The notes beneath the pieces are model-generated. The model was not told where the DNA came from. It made no database searches and was given only the letters and a program-made list of their open reading frames with translations. Below, piece after piece: positions 27,376 to 43,359 of a stretch of 64,000 nt of DNA; positions within the stretch are counted from its first letter, which is position 1; each line of letters starts with the position of its first letter. Origin of the DNA: Eledone cirrhosa (taxonomy: Eukaryota); contig OZ024743.1 in assembly GCA_964016885.1 (NCBI GenBank), forward strand, positions 178,436,001-178,500,000, written 5' to 3'. The position numbers were made by a program, and so were the translations under genes.

Positions 27376-29758
27376 CACACCAAGACATAATGATCGTAAG
27401 TCCAACACACCACACCATTATGATCGTAAGTCCAACACACCATGACATTATGGTCTTCTTAAGTCCAACACACCACACCATTATACCATTATGCTCGTAA
27501 GTCCAACACACCACACCATTATGATCGTAAGTCCAACACACCATGACATTATGATATTCTTAAGTCCAACACACCACACCGTTATACCATTATGATCGTA
27601 AGTCATACACACCATGAGATAGTGATCGTAAGTCTAAGACACCACCACATAATGATCGTAAGTCCAAAACACCACACCATTATGATCGTAAGTCCAACAC
27701 ACCACACCATAATGATCGTAAGTCAAACACACCACACCATAATGATCCTAAGTCCAACACACCACACGATTATGACCGTAAGTCCAACACACCATGACAT
27801 AATGAACGTAAGTCCAAAACACCACGACATAATGATCGTAAGTCCAACACACCACGACATAATGATCGTAAGTCGAATAGAGCACGACATAATGATCGTA
27901 AGTCAAACACACGATGACATTATGATCGTAAGTCAAACACACCACACCATTATGATCGTAGGCCCAACACACCACACCATTATGACCGTAAATCTAACAG
28001 ACGACACCATTATGATCGTAAGTCCCACACACCATGACATTAATATGTCCTTAAGTCCAACACACCACGACATAATTATCGTAAGTCAAACACACCATGA
28101 CATTATGATCGTAAGTCCAACACACCATGACATTATGATCGTAAGTCCCACACACCATGACATAATGAACGTAAGTCCAAAAAACCACGACATTATGATC
28201 GTAAGTCCAACACACCACGACATAATGATCGTAAGTCAAACACACCACGACATATTATCGTAAGTCCAACACACCACGACTTAATGATCGTAAGTCGAAC
28301 ACACCACGACATAATGATCGTAAGTCCAACACACCACACCATTATGATCGTAAGTCCAACAGACCACGACTTAATGAACGTAAGTCGAACACACCACGAC
28401 ATAATGATCGTAAGTCCAACACACCACACCATTATGATCGTAACTCCAACACACCACACCATAATGATCGTAAGTCCAACACACCACACCATTATGTCCG
28501 TAAGTCCAACACACCATGATATTATGACAGTAAGCCCAAAACACCACGACATAATGATCGTAAGTCCAACACACCACGACATAATGATCGTAAGTCAAAC
28601 AAACCACGACATAATGATCGTACGTCAAACATACCATGACATTATGATCGTAAGTCCAGTACACCACGACATAATGATCGTAAGTCAAACACACCACAAC
28701 ATAATGATCGTAAGTCCAACACACCACACCATTATGATCGTAAGTCCAACACGCCACACCCTTATGATCGTTAGTCCAACACACCATGAGATAATGATCG
28801 TAAGTCTAAGACATCACGACATAATGATCGTAAGTCCAACACGCCACACGCTTATGATCGTAAGTCTAATACACCATGAGATATTGATCGTAAGGCTAAG
28901 ACATCACGACATAATGATCGTAAGTCCAAAACACAACACCAATATGATCGTAAGTCCAACACACCACACCATGATGATCGTAAGTCCACCACACCTCACC
29001 ATAATGATCGTAAGTCCAACACACCACACCATAATGATCGTAGCTCGAACACATCACGACATAATGATCGTAAGTCAAACACACGATGACGTTATGATCG
29101 TAAGTCCAACACACCACACCATTATGATCGTAGGCCCAACACACCACACCATTATGATCGTAAATCTAACAGACGACACCTTTATGATCGTAAGTCCCAC
29201 ACACCATGACATAATGATCGTAAGTTCAACACATAACAGCATTATCATCGTAAGTCAAACGCACCATGACATTATTATCTTCTTAAGTCCAACACACTAC
29301 GACATAATTATCGTAAGTCAAACATACCATGACATTATGATCGTAAGTCCAACACACCATGACATTATGACCGTAAGTCTAACACACCACACCATTATGA
29401 CCGTAAGTCCAACACACCATGACATTACGACCGTAAGTCCAACACACCACGACATAATGATCGTAAGTCCAGCAAACCACGACATAATGATCGTAAGTCT
29501 AACACACCACACCATTATGATCGTAATTCCAACACACCACGACATAATGATCGTAAGTCTAACACACCTTGACATAATGATCGTAAGTCCAATACACCAC
29601 GACTTAATGATCGTAAGTCGAACACACCACGACATAATGATCGTAAGTCCAACACACCACACCATTATGATTGTAAGTCCAACACACCACGACTTAATGA
29701 TCGTAAGTCCAACACACCACGACTTAACGATCGTAAGTCAAACACACCATGACATAAT

Positions 29759-29935
29759 TGTTTCTACTTTAGGCACAAAGCCAGCAATTACCCAGTGTGT
29801 TACTGCTACTTTATTTTATCGACCCCGTAAGCATGAAAGGCCAAGTCAACCTGCGCAGGATTTGAACTCAGATCGTAAAGGGAAGTAACTATGCTGGAAA
29901 GCATGGCGACCGACCCTCTACTGATATTGCCAATC
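29759..29935 (-). mobile_element. Satellite-embedded SINE copy 4
   Basis: Variant TGTTTCTAC/GTGTTACTGCT/GCATGAAAGGCC; 2,560 bp after copy 3. Confidence 0.92.
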
Positions 29936-31646
29936 CACACTGAGACATAATGATCGTAAGTCCAACACACCACAACATTATGATCGTAAGTCCAACACAC
30001 CATGACATTATGATCTTCTTAAGTCCAACACACCACGACATAATGATCGTTAGTCCAACCAACCACACCATTATACCATTATGATCGTAACTCCAAAACA
30101 CCACACCATAATGATCGTAAGTCCAAAACACCACAGCATTATGATCGTAAGTCCAACACACCATGAGATAATGATCGTAAGTCTAAGACACCACGACATG
30201 ATGATCGTAAGTCCAACACACCACAGCATTATGATCGTAAGTCCAACACACCATGAGATAATGATCGTAAGTCCAACACACCACGACATAATGATCGTAA
30301 GTCGAACACAGCACGACATAATGATCGTAAGTCAAACACACGATGACATTATGATCGTAATTCCAACACACCACAACATTATGATCGTAGGCCCAACACA
30401 CCACACCATTATCATCGTAAATCTAACAGACGACACCTTTATGATCGTAAGTCCCACACACCATGTCATAATGATCGTAAGTTCAATACATAACACCATT
30501 ATCATCGTAATTCAAACGCACCATGACCTTATTATCTTCTTAAGTCCAACACACCATGACATTATGACCGTAAGTCTAACACACATTGACATAATGACCG
30601 TAAGTCCAACACACCATGCAATTGTGTTCCTAAGTCCAACGCACCACGACATTATGATCCTAAGTCAAACACACCATGACATTATGATCGTAAGTTCAAC
30701 ACACCACGGCATGTTGCCCGTAAGTTCACACACCACGACATTATGACCGTAAGGCCAATACACCATGACATAATGACCGCAAGTCCAACACACCATGACA
30801 TTGTGATCTTAAGTCTAACACACCACGACATTATGATCCTAAGTCTAACACACCTTGACATAATGACCGAAAGTCCAACACACCATGTCATAATGATCGT
30901 AAGTCCAACACACCACACCATTATGACCGTAAGTCCAACACACCACGACATAATGAACGTAAGTCCAAAACACCACGACATAATGATCGTAAGTCCAACA
31001 CACCACGACATAATGATCGTAAGTCAAACACACCACGACATAATGATCGTAAGTCAAACACACCACGACATAATGATCGTAAGTCAAACACACCATGACA
31101 TTATGATCGTAATTCCAACACAGCACACCATTATGATCGTAGGCCCAACTAACAAAACCATTATAATCGTAAATCTAACAGACGACACCATTATGATCGT
31201 AAGTCCCACGCACCATGACATAATGATCGTAAGTTCAACACATAACACCATTATCATCGTAAGTCAAACGCACCATGACATTATTGTCTTCTTAAGTATA
31301 ACACACCACGACATGATTATCGTAAGTCCAAAACACCACGACATAATTATCGTAAGTCCAACACACCATGACATTATGATCGTAAGTCCAAACCACCATG
31401 ACATTATGACGGTAAGTCTAACACACATTGACATAATGATCGTAAGTCAAACACACCATGACATTATGACCGTAAGTCCACACACCACGACTTTATGACC
31501 GTAAGTCCAATACACCATGACATTGTGATCCTAAGTCTAACACACCTCGACCTTATGATCCTAAGTCCAACACACCATGACATTATGATCGTAACTCCAA
31601 CACACCACGACATAATGATATTATGTCAAACACACCAAGACATAAT

Positions 31647-31823
31647 TGATTCTACTTTAGGCACAAGGCCAGCAATTACCCAGTGCATTACTGGTACTTT
31701 ATTTTATCGACCCCGTAAGGATGAAAGGCAAAGGCAACCTCCGCGGGATTTGAACTCAGATCGTAAAGGGAAGTTACTATGCTGGAAAGCATGGCGTCCG
31801 ACCCTCTACAGATATTGCCAATC
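31647..31823 (-). mobile_element. Satellite-embedded SINE copy 5
   Basis: Variant AAGGCAACCTCCGCGG/GAAGTTACT. Confidence 0.92.
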
Positions 31824-32871
31824 CACACCAAGACATAATGATTATAAATCCAACACACCACACCATTATGATCGTAAGTCCAACACACCATGACTTTATG
31901 ATCTTCTTCAGTCCAACACACCACACCATTATACCATTATGATCGTAAGTCCAACACACCATACCATTATGATCGTAAGTCCAACACGCCACACCCTTAT
32001 GATCGTAAGTCCAACACAGCATACCATTATGATCGTAAGTCTAAGACATCACGACATAATGATCGTAAGTCAAACACACGATGCCATTATGATCGTAATC
32101 CAACACACCACACCATTATGATCGTAGGCCCAACACACCACACTATTATGATCGTAAATCTAACAGACGACAACTTTATGATCGTAAGTCCCACACACCA
32201 TGACATAATGATCGTAAGTTCAACACATAACAGCATTATCATCTTAAGTCAAACGCACCATGACATTATTATGTCGTTAAGTCCAACACACATTGACATA
32301 GTGACCGTAAGTCCAACACACCATGACATTGTGATCCTAAGTCCAACACACCACGACATAATGATCGTAAGTGCACAACACCATGACATTATGACCGTAA
32401 GTCCAACACACCACGACATAATAATTGTAAGTCTAACACACCACACCATTGTGATCGTAAGTCCAACACACCACGACATAATGATCGTAAGTCCAACACA
32501 CCACAGCATTATGATAGTTAATCAAACACACCATGACATTGTGACCGTAAGTCCACACACCACGACATTATGACCGTAAGTCCAATACACCATGACATTG
32601 TGATCCTAAGTCTAACACACCTCGACATTATGATCCTAAGTCTAACACACCTTGACATAATGACCGTAAGTCCAACACACCATGTCATAATGATCGTAAG
32701 TCCAACACACCATGACATTGTGATCCTAAGTCCAACACACCACGACATTATGATCCTAAGTCCAACACACCATGACATTATGACCGTAACTCCAACACAC
32801 CACGACATAATGATCGTAAGTCCAACACACCACGACATAATGATATTATGTCAAACACACCAAGACATAAT

Positions 32872-33048
32872 TGATTCTACTTTAGGCACAAGGCCAGCAA
32901 TTACCCAGTGCATTACTGGTACTTTATTTTATCGACCCTGTAAGGATGAAAGGCAAAGGCAACCTCCGCGGGATTTGAACTCAGATCGTAAAGGGAAGTT
33001 ACTATGCTGGAAAGCATGGCGTCCGACCCTTTACAGATATTGCCAATC
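32872..33048 (-). mobile_element. Satellite-embedded SINE copy 6
   Basis: Same variant class as copy 5, with GACCCTGTAAGG. Confidence 0.92.
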
Positions 33049-33334
33049 CACACCAAGACATAATGATTATAAATCCAACACACCACACCATTATGATCGT
33101 AAGTCCAACACACCACACCATTTTGATCGTAGGCCCAACACACCACACCATTATGATCGTAAATCTAACAGACGACAACTTTATGATCGTAAGTCCCACA
33201 CACCATGACATAATGATCGTAAGTCCAACACACCACGACATAATGATCGTAAGTCCAACACACTACACCATTATGATCGTAAGTCCAACACACCACGACT
33301 TAACGATCGGAAGTCAAACACACCATGACCTAAT

Positions 33335-33511
33335 TGTTTCTACTTTAGGCACAAAGCCAGCAATTACCCAGTGTGTTACTGGTACTTTATTTTATCGACC
33401 CCGTAAGCATGAAAGGCAAAGTCAACCTGCGCGGGATTTGAACTCAGATCGTAAAGGGAAGTAACTATGCTGGAAAGCATGGCGTTCGACCCTCTACAGA
33501 TATTGCCAATC
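33335..33511 (-). mobile_element. Satellite-embedded SINE copy 7
   Basis: Variant TGTTTCTAC/GTGTTACTGGT/GGCGTTCGAC. Confidence 0.92.
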
Positions 33512-36500
33512 CACACCAAGACATAATGATCGTAAGTCCAACACACCACAACATTATGATCGTAAGTCCAACACACCACAACATTATGATCGTAAGTACA
33601 ACACACCATGACATAATGATCTTCTTAAGTCCAACACACCACAACATAATGATCGTAAGTCCAACCAACCACACCATTATACCATAATGATCGTAAGTCC
33701 AACACACCACACCATTATGACCGTAAGTCCAACACTCCATGACATAATGAACGTAAGTCCAACACACCACGACATAATGATCGTAAGTCAAACACACCAC
33801 GACATAATGATCGCAAGTCAGACACACCATGACATTATGATCTTAAGTCCAACACACCACACCATTATGATCGTAAGTCCAACACACCATGACATTATGA
33901 GCGTAAGTCCATCACACTACGACATTATGACCTTAAGTCCAACACACCACGACATTGTGATCGTAAGTCAAACACACCATGACATTATGATCCTAAGTCT
34001 AACACACCATGATATTATGACCGTAAGCCTCTAAACACCACGACATAATGATTGTAAGTCCAACACACCACGACATAATGATCGTAAGTCAAACACACGA
34101 TGACATTATGACCGTAAGTCCATCACACCACGACATTATGACCGTAAATCCAACACAGCACGACATTATGATCGTAAGTCCAACACACCATGATATTATG
34201 ACCGTAAGCCCAAAACACCACGACATAGTGATCGTAAGTCAAACAAACAACGACAAAATGATCGTAAGTCAAACACACCACACCATTATGATCGTAGGCC
34301 CAACACACCACACCATTATGATCGTAAATGTAACAGACGACACCATAATGATCGTAAGTCCCACACACCATGACATAATGATCGTAAGTTCAACACATAA
34401 CACCATTATCATCGTAAGTCAAACGCACCATGACATTATTATCTTCTTAAGTCCAACACACCACGACATAATTATCGTAAGTCCAATACACCATGACATT
34501 ATGATCGTAAGTCCAAACCACCATGACGTTATGACCGTAAGTCTAACACACATTGACATAATGACCGTAAGTCCAACACACCATGACGTTGTGATCCTAA
34601 GTCAAACACACCATGACATTATGATCGTAAGTTCAACACACCACGCCAGGTTGACCGTAAGTCCAACACACCACACCATTATGACCGTAAGTCCAACACA
34701 CCATGACATAATGAACGTAAGTCCAACACACCACGACATAATGATCGTAAGTCAAACACACCACGACATAATGATCGCAAGTCAAACACACCATGACATT
34801 GTGAGCGTAAGTCCATCACACCACGACATTATGATCTTAAGTCCAACCCTCCAGACCATTATGATCGTAAGTCCAACACACCATGACATTATGAGCGTAT
34901 GTCCATCACACCACGACATTATGACCGTAAGTCCAATACACCACGACATCATGATCGTAAGTCCAACACACCATGACATAATGATCGTAAGTCAAACACA
35001 CCATGAAATTATGACCGTTATTCCATCACACCACGACATTATGACCGTAAGCCCAACACACCACGACATTATGATCGTAAGTCCAACACACCACGACATA
35101 ATGATCGTAAGTCAAACACACCACGACATAATGATCGTAAGTCAAACACACCATGACATTATGATCGTAAGTCAAACACACCATGACATTATGATCGTAA
35201 GTCCAACACACCAGGACATAATGATCGTAAGTCCAACACACCACACAATTATGATCGTAGTCGAACACACCATGACATTATGACCGTAAGTCCATCACAC
35301 CACGACATTATGACCGTAAGTCAAACACACCACACCATTATGATCGTAGTCCAACACACCATGACATTATGACCGTATGTCCATCACACAACGACATTAT
35401 GATCGTAAGTCAAACACACCATGACATAATGATCGTAAGTCCATCACACCACACCATTATGATCGTAAGTCCAACACGCCACACCCTTATGATCGTAAGT
35501 CCAACACACCATGAGATAATGATCGTAATTCTAAGACATCACGACATAATGATCGTAAGTCAAAAACACCACACCATTATGATCGTAAGTCCAACACACC
35601 ACACCATAATGATCGTAAGTCCAACACACCACACCATAATGATCTTAAGTCCAACACACCACATCATAATGATCGTAAGTCCAAAACACCACGACATAAT
35701 GAACGTAAGTCCAACACACCACGAAATAATGATCGTAAGTCAAACACACCACGACATAATGATCGTAAGTCCAACACACCACACCATTATGATCTTAAGT
35801 CCAACATACCACACCATTATGATCGTATGTCCAACACGCCACACCCTTATGATCGTAAGTCCAACACACCATGAGATTATGATCCTAAGTCTAACACATC
35901 ACGACATAATGATCGTAAGTCCAAAACACCACACCATTATGATTGTCAGTCCAACACACCACATTATAATGATCGTAAGTCCAACACACCACACCATAAT
36001 GATCGTAAGTCAAACACACAACGACATAATGATCGTAAGTCAAACACACAACGACATAATGATCGTGAGTCAAACACACGATGACATTATGATCGTAAAT
36101 CTAACAGACGACACCATTATGATCGTAAGTCCAACACACCACGACATAATTATCGTAAGTCCAACACACCATGACATTATGATCCTAAGTCCAAACCATC
36201 ATGACGTTATGACCGTAAGTCTAACACACATTGACATAATGACCGTAAGTCCAACACAACATAACATTGTGATCCTAAGTCAAACACACCATGACATTAT
36301 GATCATAAGTTCAACACACCACGCCAGGTTGACCGTAAGTCCAACACACCACACCATTATGATCGTAGTCCAACACACCATGACATTATGACCGTATGTC
36401 CATCACAAAACGACGTTATGACCGTAAGTCTAAGACATCACGACATAATGATCGTAAGTCAAAAACACCACACCATTATTATCGTAAGTCCAACACACCA

Positions 36501-39500
36501 CACCATAATGATCGTAAGTCCAACACACCACACCATAATGATCTTAAGTCCAACACACCACACCATAATGATCGTAAGTCCAAAACACCACGACATAATG
36601 AACGTAAGTCCAACACACCACGACATAATGATCGTAAGTCAAACACACCACGACATAATGATCGTAAGTCAAACACAACACGACATAATGATCGTAAGTC
36701 CAACACACCACACCATTATGATCGTATGTCCAACACGCCACACCCTTATGATCGCAAGTCCAACACACCATGAGATAATGATCGTAAGTCTAACACATCA
36801 CGACATAATGATCGTAAGTCCAAAACACAACACCATTATGATTGTCAGTCCAACACACCACATTATAATGATCGTAAGTCCAACACACCACACCATAATG
36901 ATCGTAAGTCAAACACACAACGACATAATGATCGTAATTCAAACACACGATGACATTATGATCGTAAATCTAACAGACGACACCATTATGATCGTAAGTC
37001 CAACACACCACGACATAATTATCGTAAGTCCAACACACCATGACATTATGATCGTAAGTCCAAACCACCATGACGTTATGACCGTAAGTCTAACACACAT
37101 TGACATAAGGACCGTAAGTCCAACACAACATAACATTGTGATCCTAAGTCCAACACACCACAACATTATGATCGTAACTCCAACACGCCACACCCTTATG
37201 ATCGTAAGTCCAACACACCATGTGATAATGATCGTAAGTCTAAGACATCACGACATTATGATCGTAAGTCCAAAACACCACACCATTATGATCGTCAGTC
37301 CAACACACCACATTATAATGATCGTAAGTCCAACACACCAGACCATAACGATCGTAAGTCAAACACACAACGACATAATGATCGTAAGTCAAACACACCA
37401 CGACATAATGATCTTAAGTCAAACACACGATGACATTATGATCGTAAGTTCAACACATAACACCATTATCATCGTAAGTCAAACGCACCATGACATTATT
37501 ATCTTCTTAAGTCCAACACACCACGACATAATTATCGTAAGTCCAACACACCATGACGTTATGATCGTAAGTCCAAACCACCATGACGTTATGACCGTAA
37601 GTCTAACACACATTGACATAATGACCGTAAGTCCAACACACCATAACATTGTGATCCTAAGTCAAACACACCATGACATTATGATCGTAAGTTCAACACA
37701 CCAGGACATGTTGACCGTAAGTCCAACACACCACACCATTATGACCGTAAGTCCAACACACCATGACATAATGAACGTAAGTCCAACACACCACGACATA
37801 ATGATCGTAAGTCAAACACACCACGACATAATGAACGCAAGTCCATCACACCACGACATTATGAGCGTAAGTCCAACACACCACGACGTCATGATCGTAA
37901 GTCCAACACACCATGACATAATGATCGTAAGTCAAACACACAACACCATAATAATCGTAAGTCCAACACACCACACCATAATGATCGTAAATCCAACACA
38001 CCACACCATTATGATCGTAAGTCCATCATCACCGCGACATTATGACCGTAGGTCCAACACACCACGACATGACGATCGTAAGTCAAACATACCATGACAT
38101 AATGATCGCAAGTCAAACACACCATGACATTATGACCGTAAATCCAACACACCACGACATTATGATCGTAAGTCAAACACACCATGACATTACGATCCTA
38201 AGTCCAACACACCATGATATTATGACCGTAAGCCGAAAACACCACGACATAATGATCGTAAGACCAACACACCACGACAAAATGATCGTAAGTCAAACAC
38301 ACCACGACATAATGATCGTAAGTCAAACACACCATGACGTTATGATCGTAAGTCCAGCACACCACGACATATTGATCGTAAGTCAAACACACCACGACAT
38401 AATGATCGTAAGTCCAACACACCACACCATTATGAACGTAAGTCCAACACACAACACCATAATAATCGTAAGTCCAACACACCACACCATAATGATCGTA
38501 AGTCCAAAACACCACGTCATAATGATCGTAATTCCAACACACCACGACATAATGATCGTAAGTCAAACATACCACGACATAATGATCGCAAGTCAAACAC
38601 ACCACGACATAATGATCGTAAGTCCAACACACCACACCATTATGATCGTAAGTCCAACACACCACACCATTATGATCGTAAGTCCAACACGCCACACCCT
38701 TATGATAGTAAGTCCAACACACCATGAGATAATGATCGTAAGTCTAAGACATCACGACATAATGATCGTAAGTCCAAAACACCACACCGTTATGATCGTC
38801 AGTCCAACACACCACATTATAATGATCGTAAGTCCAACACACCAGACCATAACGATCGTAAGTCAAACACACAACGACATAATGATCGTAAGTCAAACAC
38901 ACCACGACATAATGATCTTAAGTCAAACACACGATGACATTATGATCGTAAGTTCAACACATAACACCATTATCATCGTAAGTCAAACGCACCATGACAT
39001 TATTATCTTCTTAAGTCCAACACACCACGACATAATTATCGTAAGTCCAACACACCATGACGTTATGATCGTAAGTCCAAACCACCATGACGTTATGACC
39101 GTAAGTCTAACACACATTGACATAATGACCGTAAGTCCAACACACCATAACATTGTGATCCTAAGTCAAACACACCATGACATTATGATCGTAAGTTCAA
39201 CACACCAGGACATGTTGACCGTAAGTCCAACACACCACACCATTATGACCGTAAGTCCAACACACCATGACATAATGAACGTAAGTCCAACACACCACGA
39301 CATAATGATCGTAAGTCCAGCAAACCACGACATAATGATCGTAAGTCTAACACACCACACCATTATGATCGTAATTCCAACACACCACGACATAATGATC
39401 GTAAGTCTAACACACCTTGACATAATGATCGTAAGTCCAACACACCACGACTTAATGATCGTAAGTCGAACACACCACGACATAATGATCGTAAGTCCAA

Positions 39501-39606
39501 CACACCACACCATTATGATTGTAAGTCCAACACACCACGACTTAATGATCGTAAGTCCAACACACCACGACTTAACGATCGTAAGTCAAACACACCATGA
39601 CATAAT

Positions 39607-39783
39607 TGTTTCTACTTTAGGCACAAAGCCAGCAATTACCCAGTGTGTTACTGCTACTTTATTTTATCGACCCCGTAAGCATGAAAGGCCAAGTCAACCT
39701 GCGCAGGATTTGAACTCAGATCGTAAAGGGAAGTAACTATGCTGGAAAGCATGGCGACCGACCCTCTACTGATATTGCCAATC
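39607..39783 (-). mobile_element. Satellite-embedded SINE copy 8
   Basis: Duplicate of copy 4 at +9,848. Confidence 0.92.
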
Positions 39784-41494
39784 CACACTAAGACATAATG
39801 ATCGTAAGTCCAACACACCACAACAGTTTGATCGTAAGTCCAACACACCATGACATTATGATCTTCTTAAGTCCAACACACCACGACATAATGATCGTTA
39901 GTCCAACCAACCACACCATTATACCATTATGATCGTAACTCCAAAACACCACACCATAATGATCGTAAGTCCAAAACACCACAGCATTATGATCGTAAGT
40001 CCAACACACCATGAGATAATGATCGTAAGTCTAAGACACCACGACATGATGATCGTAAGTCCAACACACCACAGCATTATGATCGTAAGTCCAACACACC
40101 ATGAGATAATGATCGTAAGTCCAACACACCACGACATAATGATCGTAAGTCGAACACAGCACGACATAATGATCGTAAGTCAAACACACGATGACATTAT
40201 GATCGTAATTCCAACACACCACAACATTATGATCGTAGGCCCAACACACCACACCATTATCATCGTAAATCTAACAGACGACACCTTTATGATCGTAAGT
40301 CCCACACACCATGTCATAATGATCGTAAGTTCAATACATAACACCATTATCATCGTAATTCAAACGCACCATGACCTTATTATCTTCTTAAGTCCAACAC
40401 ACCATGACATTATGACCGTAAGTCTAACACACATTGACATAATGACCGTAAGTCCAACACACCATGCAATTGTGTTCCTAAGTCCAACGCACCACGACAT
40501 TATGATCCTAAGTCAAACACACCATGACATTATGATCGTAAGTTCAACACACCACGGCATGTTGCCCGTAAGTTCACACACCACGACATTATGACCGTAA
40601 GGCCAATACACCATGACATAATGACCGCAAGTCCAACACACCATGACATTGTGATCTTAAGTCTAACACACCACGACATTATGATCCTAAGTCTAACACA
40701 CCTTGACATAATGACCGAAAGTCCAACACACCATGTCATAATGATCGTAAGTCCAACACACCACACCATTATGACCGTAAGTCCAACACACCACGACATA
40801 ATGAACGTAAGTCCAAAACACCACGACATAATGATCGTAAGTCCAACACACCACGACATAATGATCGTAAGTCAAACACACCACGACATAATGATCGTAA
40901 GTCAAACACACCACGACATAATGATCGTAAGTCAAACACACCATGACATTATGATCGTAATTCCAACACAGCACACCATTATGATCGTAGGCCCAACTAA
41001 CAAAACCATTATAATCGTAAATCTAACAGACGACACCATTATGATCGTAAGTCCCACGCACCATGACATAATGATCGTAAGTTCAACACATAACACCATT
41101 ATCATCGTAAGTCAAACGCACCATGACATTATTGTCTTCTTAAGTATAACACACCACGACATGATTATCGTAAGTCCAAAACACCACAACATAATTATCG
41201 TAAGTCCAACACACCATGATATTATGATCGTAAGTCCAAACCACCATGACATTATGACGGTAAGTCTAACACACATTGACATAATGATCGTAAGTCAAAC
41301 ACACCATGACATTATGACCGTAAGTCCACACACCACGACTTTATGACCGTAAGTCCAATACACCATGACATTGTGATCCTAAGTCTAACACACCTCGACC
41401 TTATGATCCTAAGTCCAACACACCATGACATTATGATCGTAACTCCAACACACCACGACATAATGATATTATGTCAAACACACCAAGACATAAT

Positions 41495-41671
41495 TGATTC
41501 TACTTTAGGCACAAGGCCAGCAATTACCCAGTGCATTACTGGTACTTTATTTTATCGACCCCGTAAGGATGAAAGGCAAAGGCAACCTCCGCGGGATTTG
41601 AACTCAGATCGTAAAGGGAAGTTACTATGCTGGAAAGCATGGCGTCCGACCCTCTACAGATATTGCCAATC
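41495..41671 (-). mobile_element. Satellite-embedded SINE copy 9
   Basis: Duplicate of copy 5 at +9,848. Confidence 0.92.
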
Positions 41672-42719
41672 CACACCAAGACATAATGATTATAAATCCA
41701 ACACACCACACCATTATGATCGTAAGTCCAACACACCATGACTTTATGATCTTCTTCAGTCCAACACACCACACCATTATACCATTATGATCGTAAGTCC
41801 AACACACCATACCATTATGATCGTAAGTCCAACACGCCACACCCTTATGATCGTAAGTCCAACACAGCATACCATTATGATCGTAAGTCTAAGACATCAC
41901 GACATAATGATCGTAAGTCAAACACACGATGCCATTATGATCGTAATCCAACACACCACACCATTATGATCGTAGGCCCAACACACCACACTATTATGAT
42001 CGTAAATCTAACAGACGACAACTTTATGATCGTAAGTCCCACACACCATGACATAATGATCGTAAGTTCAACACATAACAGCATTATCATCTTAAGTCAA
42101 ACGCACCATGACATTATTATGTCGTTAAGTCCAACACACATTGACATAGTGACCGTAAGTCCAACACACCATGACATTGTGATCCTAAGTCCAACACACC
42201 ACGACATAATGATCGTAAGTGCACAACACCATGACATTATGACCGTAAGTCCAACACACCACGACATAATAATTGTAAGTCTAACACACCACACCATTGT
42301 GATCGTAAGTCCAACACACCACGACATAATGATCGTAAGTCCAACACACCACAGCATTATGATAGTTAATCAAACACACCATGACATTGTGACCGTAAGT
42401 CCACACACCACGACATTATGACCGTAAGTCCAATACACCATGACATTGTGATCCTAAGTCTAACACACCTCGACATTATGATCCTAAGTCTAACACACCT
42501 TGACATAATGACCGTAAGTCCAACACACCATGTCATAATGATCGTAAGTCCAACACACCATGACATTGTGATCCTAAGTCCAACACACCACGACATTATG
42601 ATCCTAAGTCCAACACACCATGACATTATGACCGTAACTCCAACACACCACGACATAATGATCGTAAGTCCAACACACCACGACATAATGATATTATGTC
42701 AAACACACCAAGACATAAT

Positions 42720-42896
42720 TGATTCTACTTTAGGCACAAGGCCAGCAATTACCCAGTGCATTACTGGTACTTTATTTTATCGACCCTGTAAGGATGAAAG
42801 GCAAAGGCAACCTCCGCGGGATTTGAACTCAGATCGTAAAGGGAAGTTACTATGCTGGAAAGCATGGCGTCCGACCCTTTACAGATATTGCCAATC
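42720..42896 (-). mobile_element. Satellite-embedded SINE copy 10
   Basis: Duplicate of copy 6 at +9,848. Confidence 0.92.
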
Positions 42897-43182
42897 CACA
42901 CCAAGACATAATGATTATAAATCCAACACACCACACCATTATGATCGTAAGTCCAACACACCACACCATTTTGATCGTAGGCCCAACACACCACACCATT
43001 ATGATCGTAAATCTAACAGACGACAACTTTATGATCGTAAGTCCCACACACCATGACATAATGATCGTAAGTCCAACACACCACGACATAATGATCGTAA
43101 GTCCAACACACTACACCATTATGATCGTAAGTCCAACACACCACGACTTAACGATCGGAAGTCAAACACACCATGACCTAAT

Positions 43183-43359
43183 TGTTTCTACTTTAGGCAC
43201 AAAGCCAGCAATTACCCAGTGTGTTACTGGTACTTTATTTTATCGACCCCGTAAGCATGAAAGGCAAAGTCAACCTGCGCGGGATTTGAACTCAGATCGT
43301 AAAGGGAAGTAACTATGCTGGAAAGCATGGCGTTCGACCCTCTACAGATATTGCCAATC
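43183..43359 (-). mobile_element. Satellite-embedded SINE copy 11
   Basis: Duplicate of copy 7 at +9,848. Confidence 0.92.

Larger units (their letters stand above)
24520..29640. repeat. 2,560-bp tandem block duplication carrying one SINE per unit (boundaries approximate)
   Basis: ORF pairs 24680/27240, 25032/27592 and 25811/28371, all offset 2,560. Confidence 0.9.
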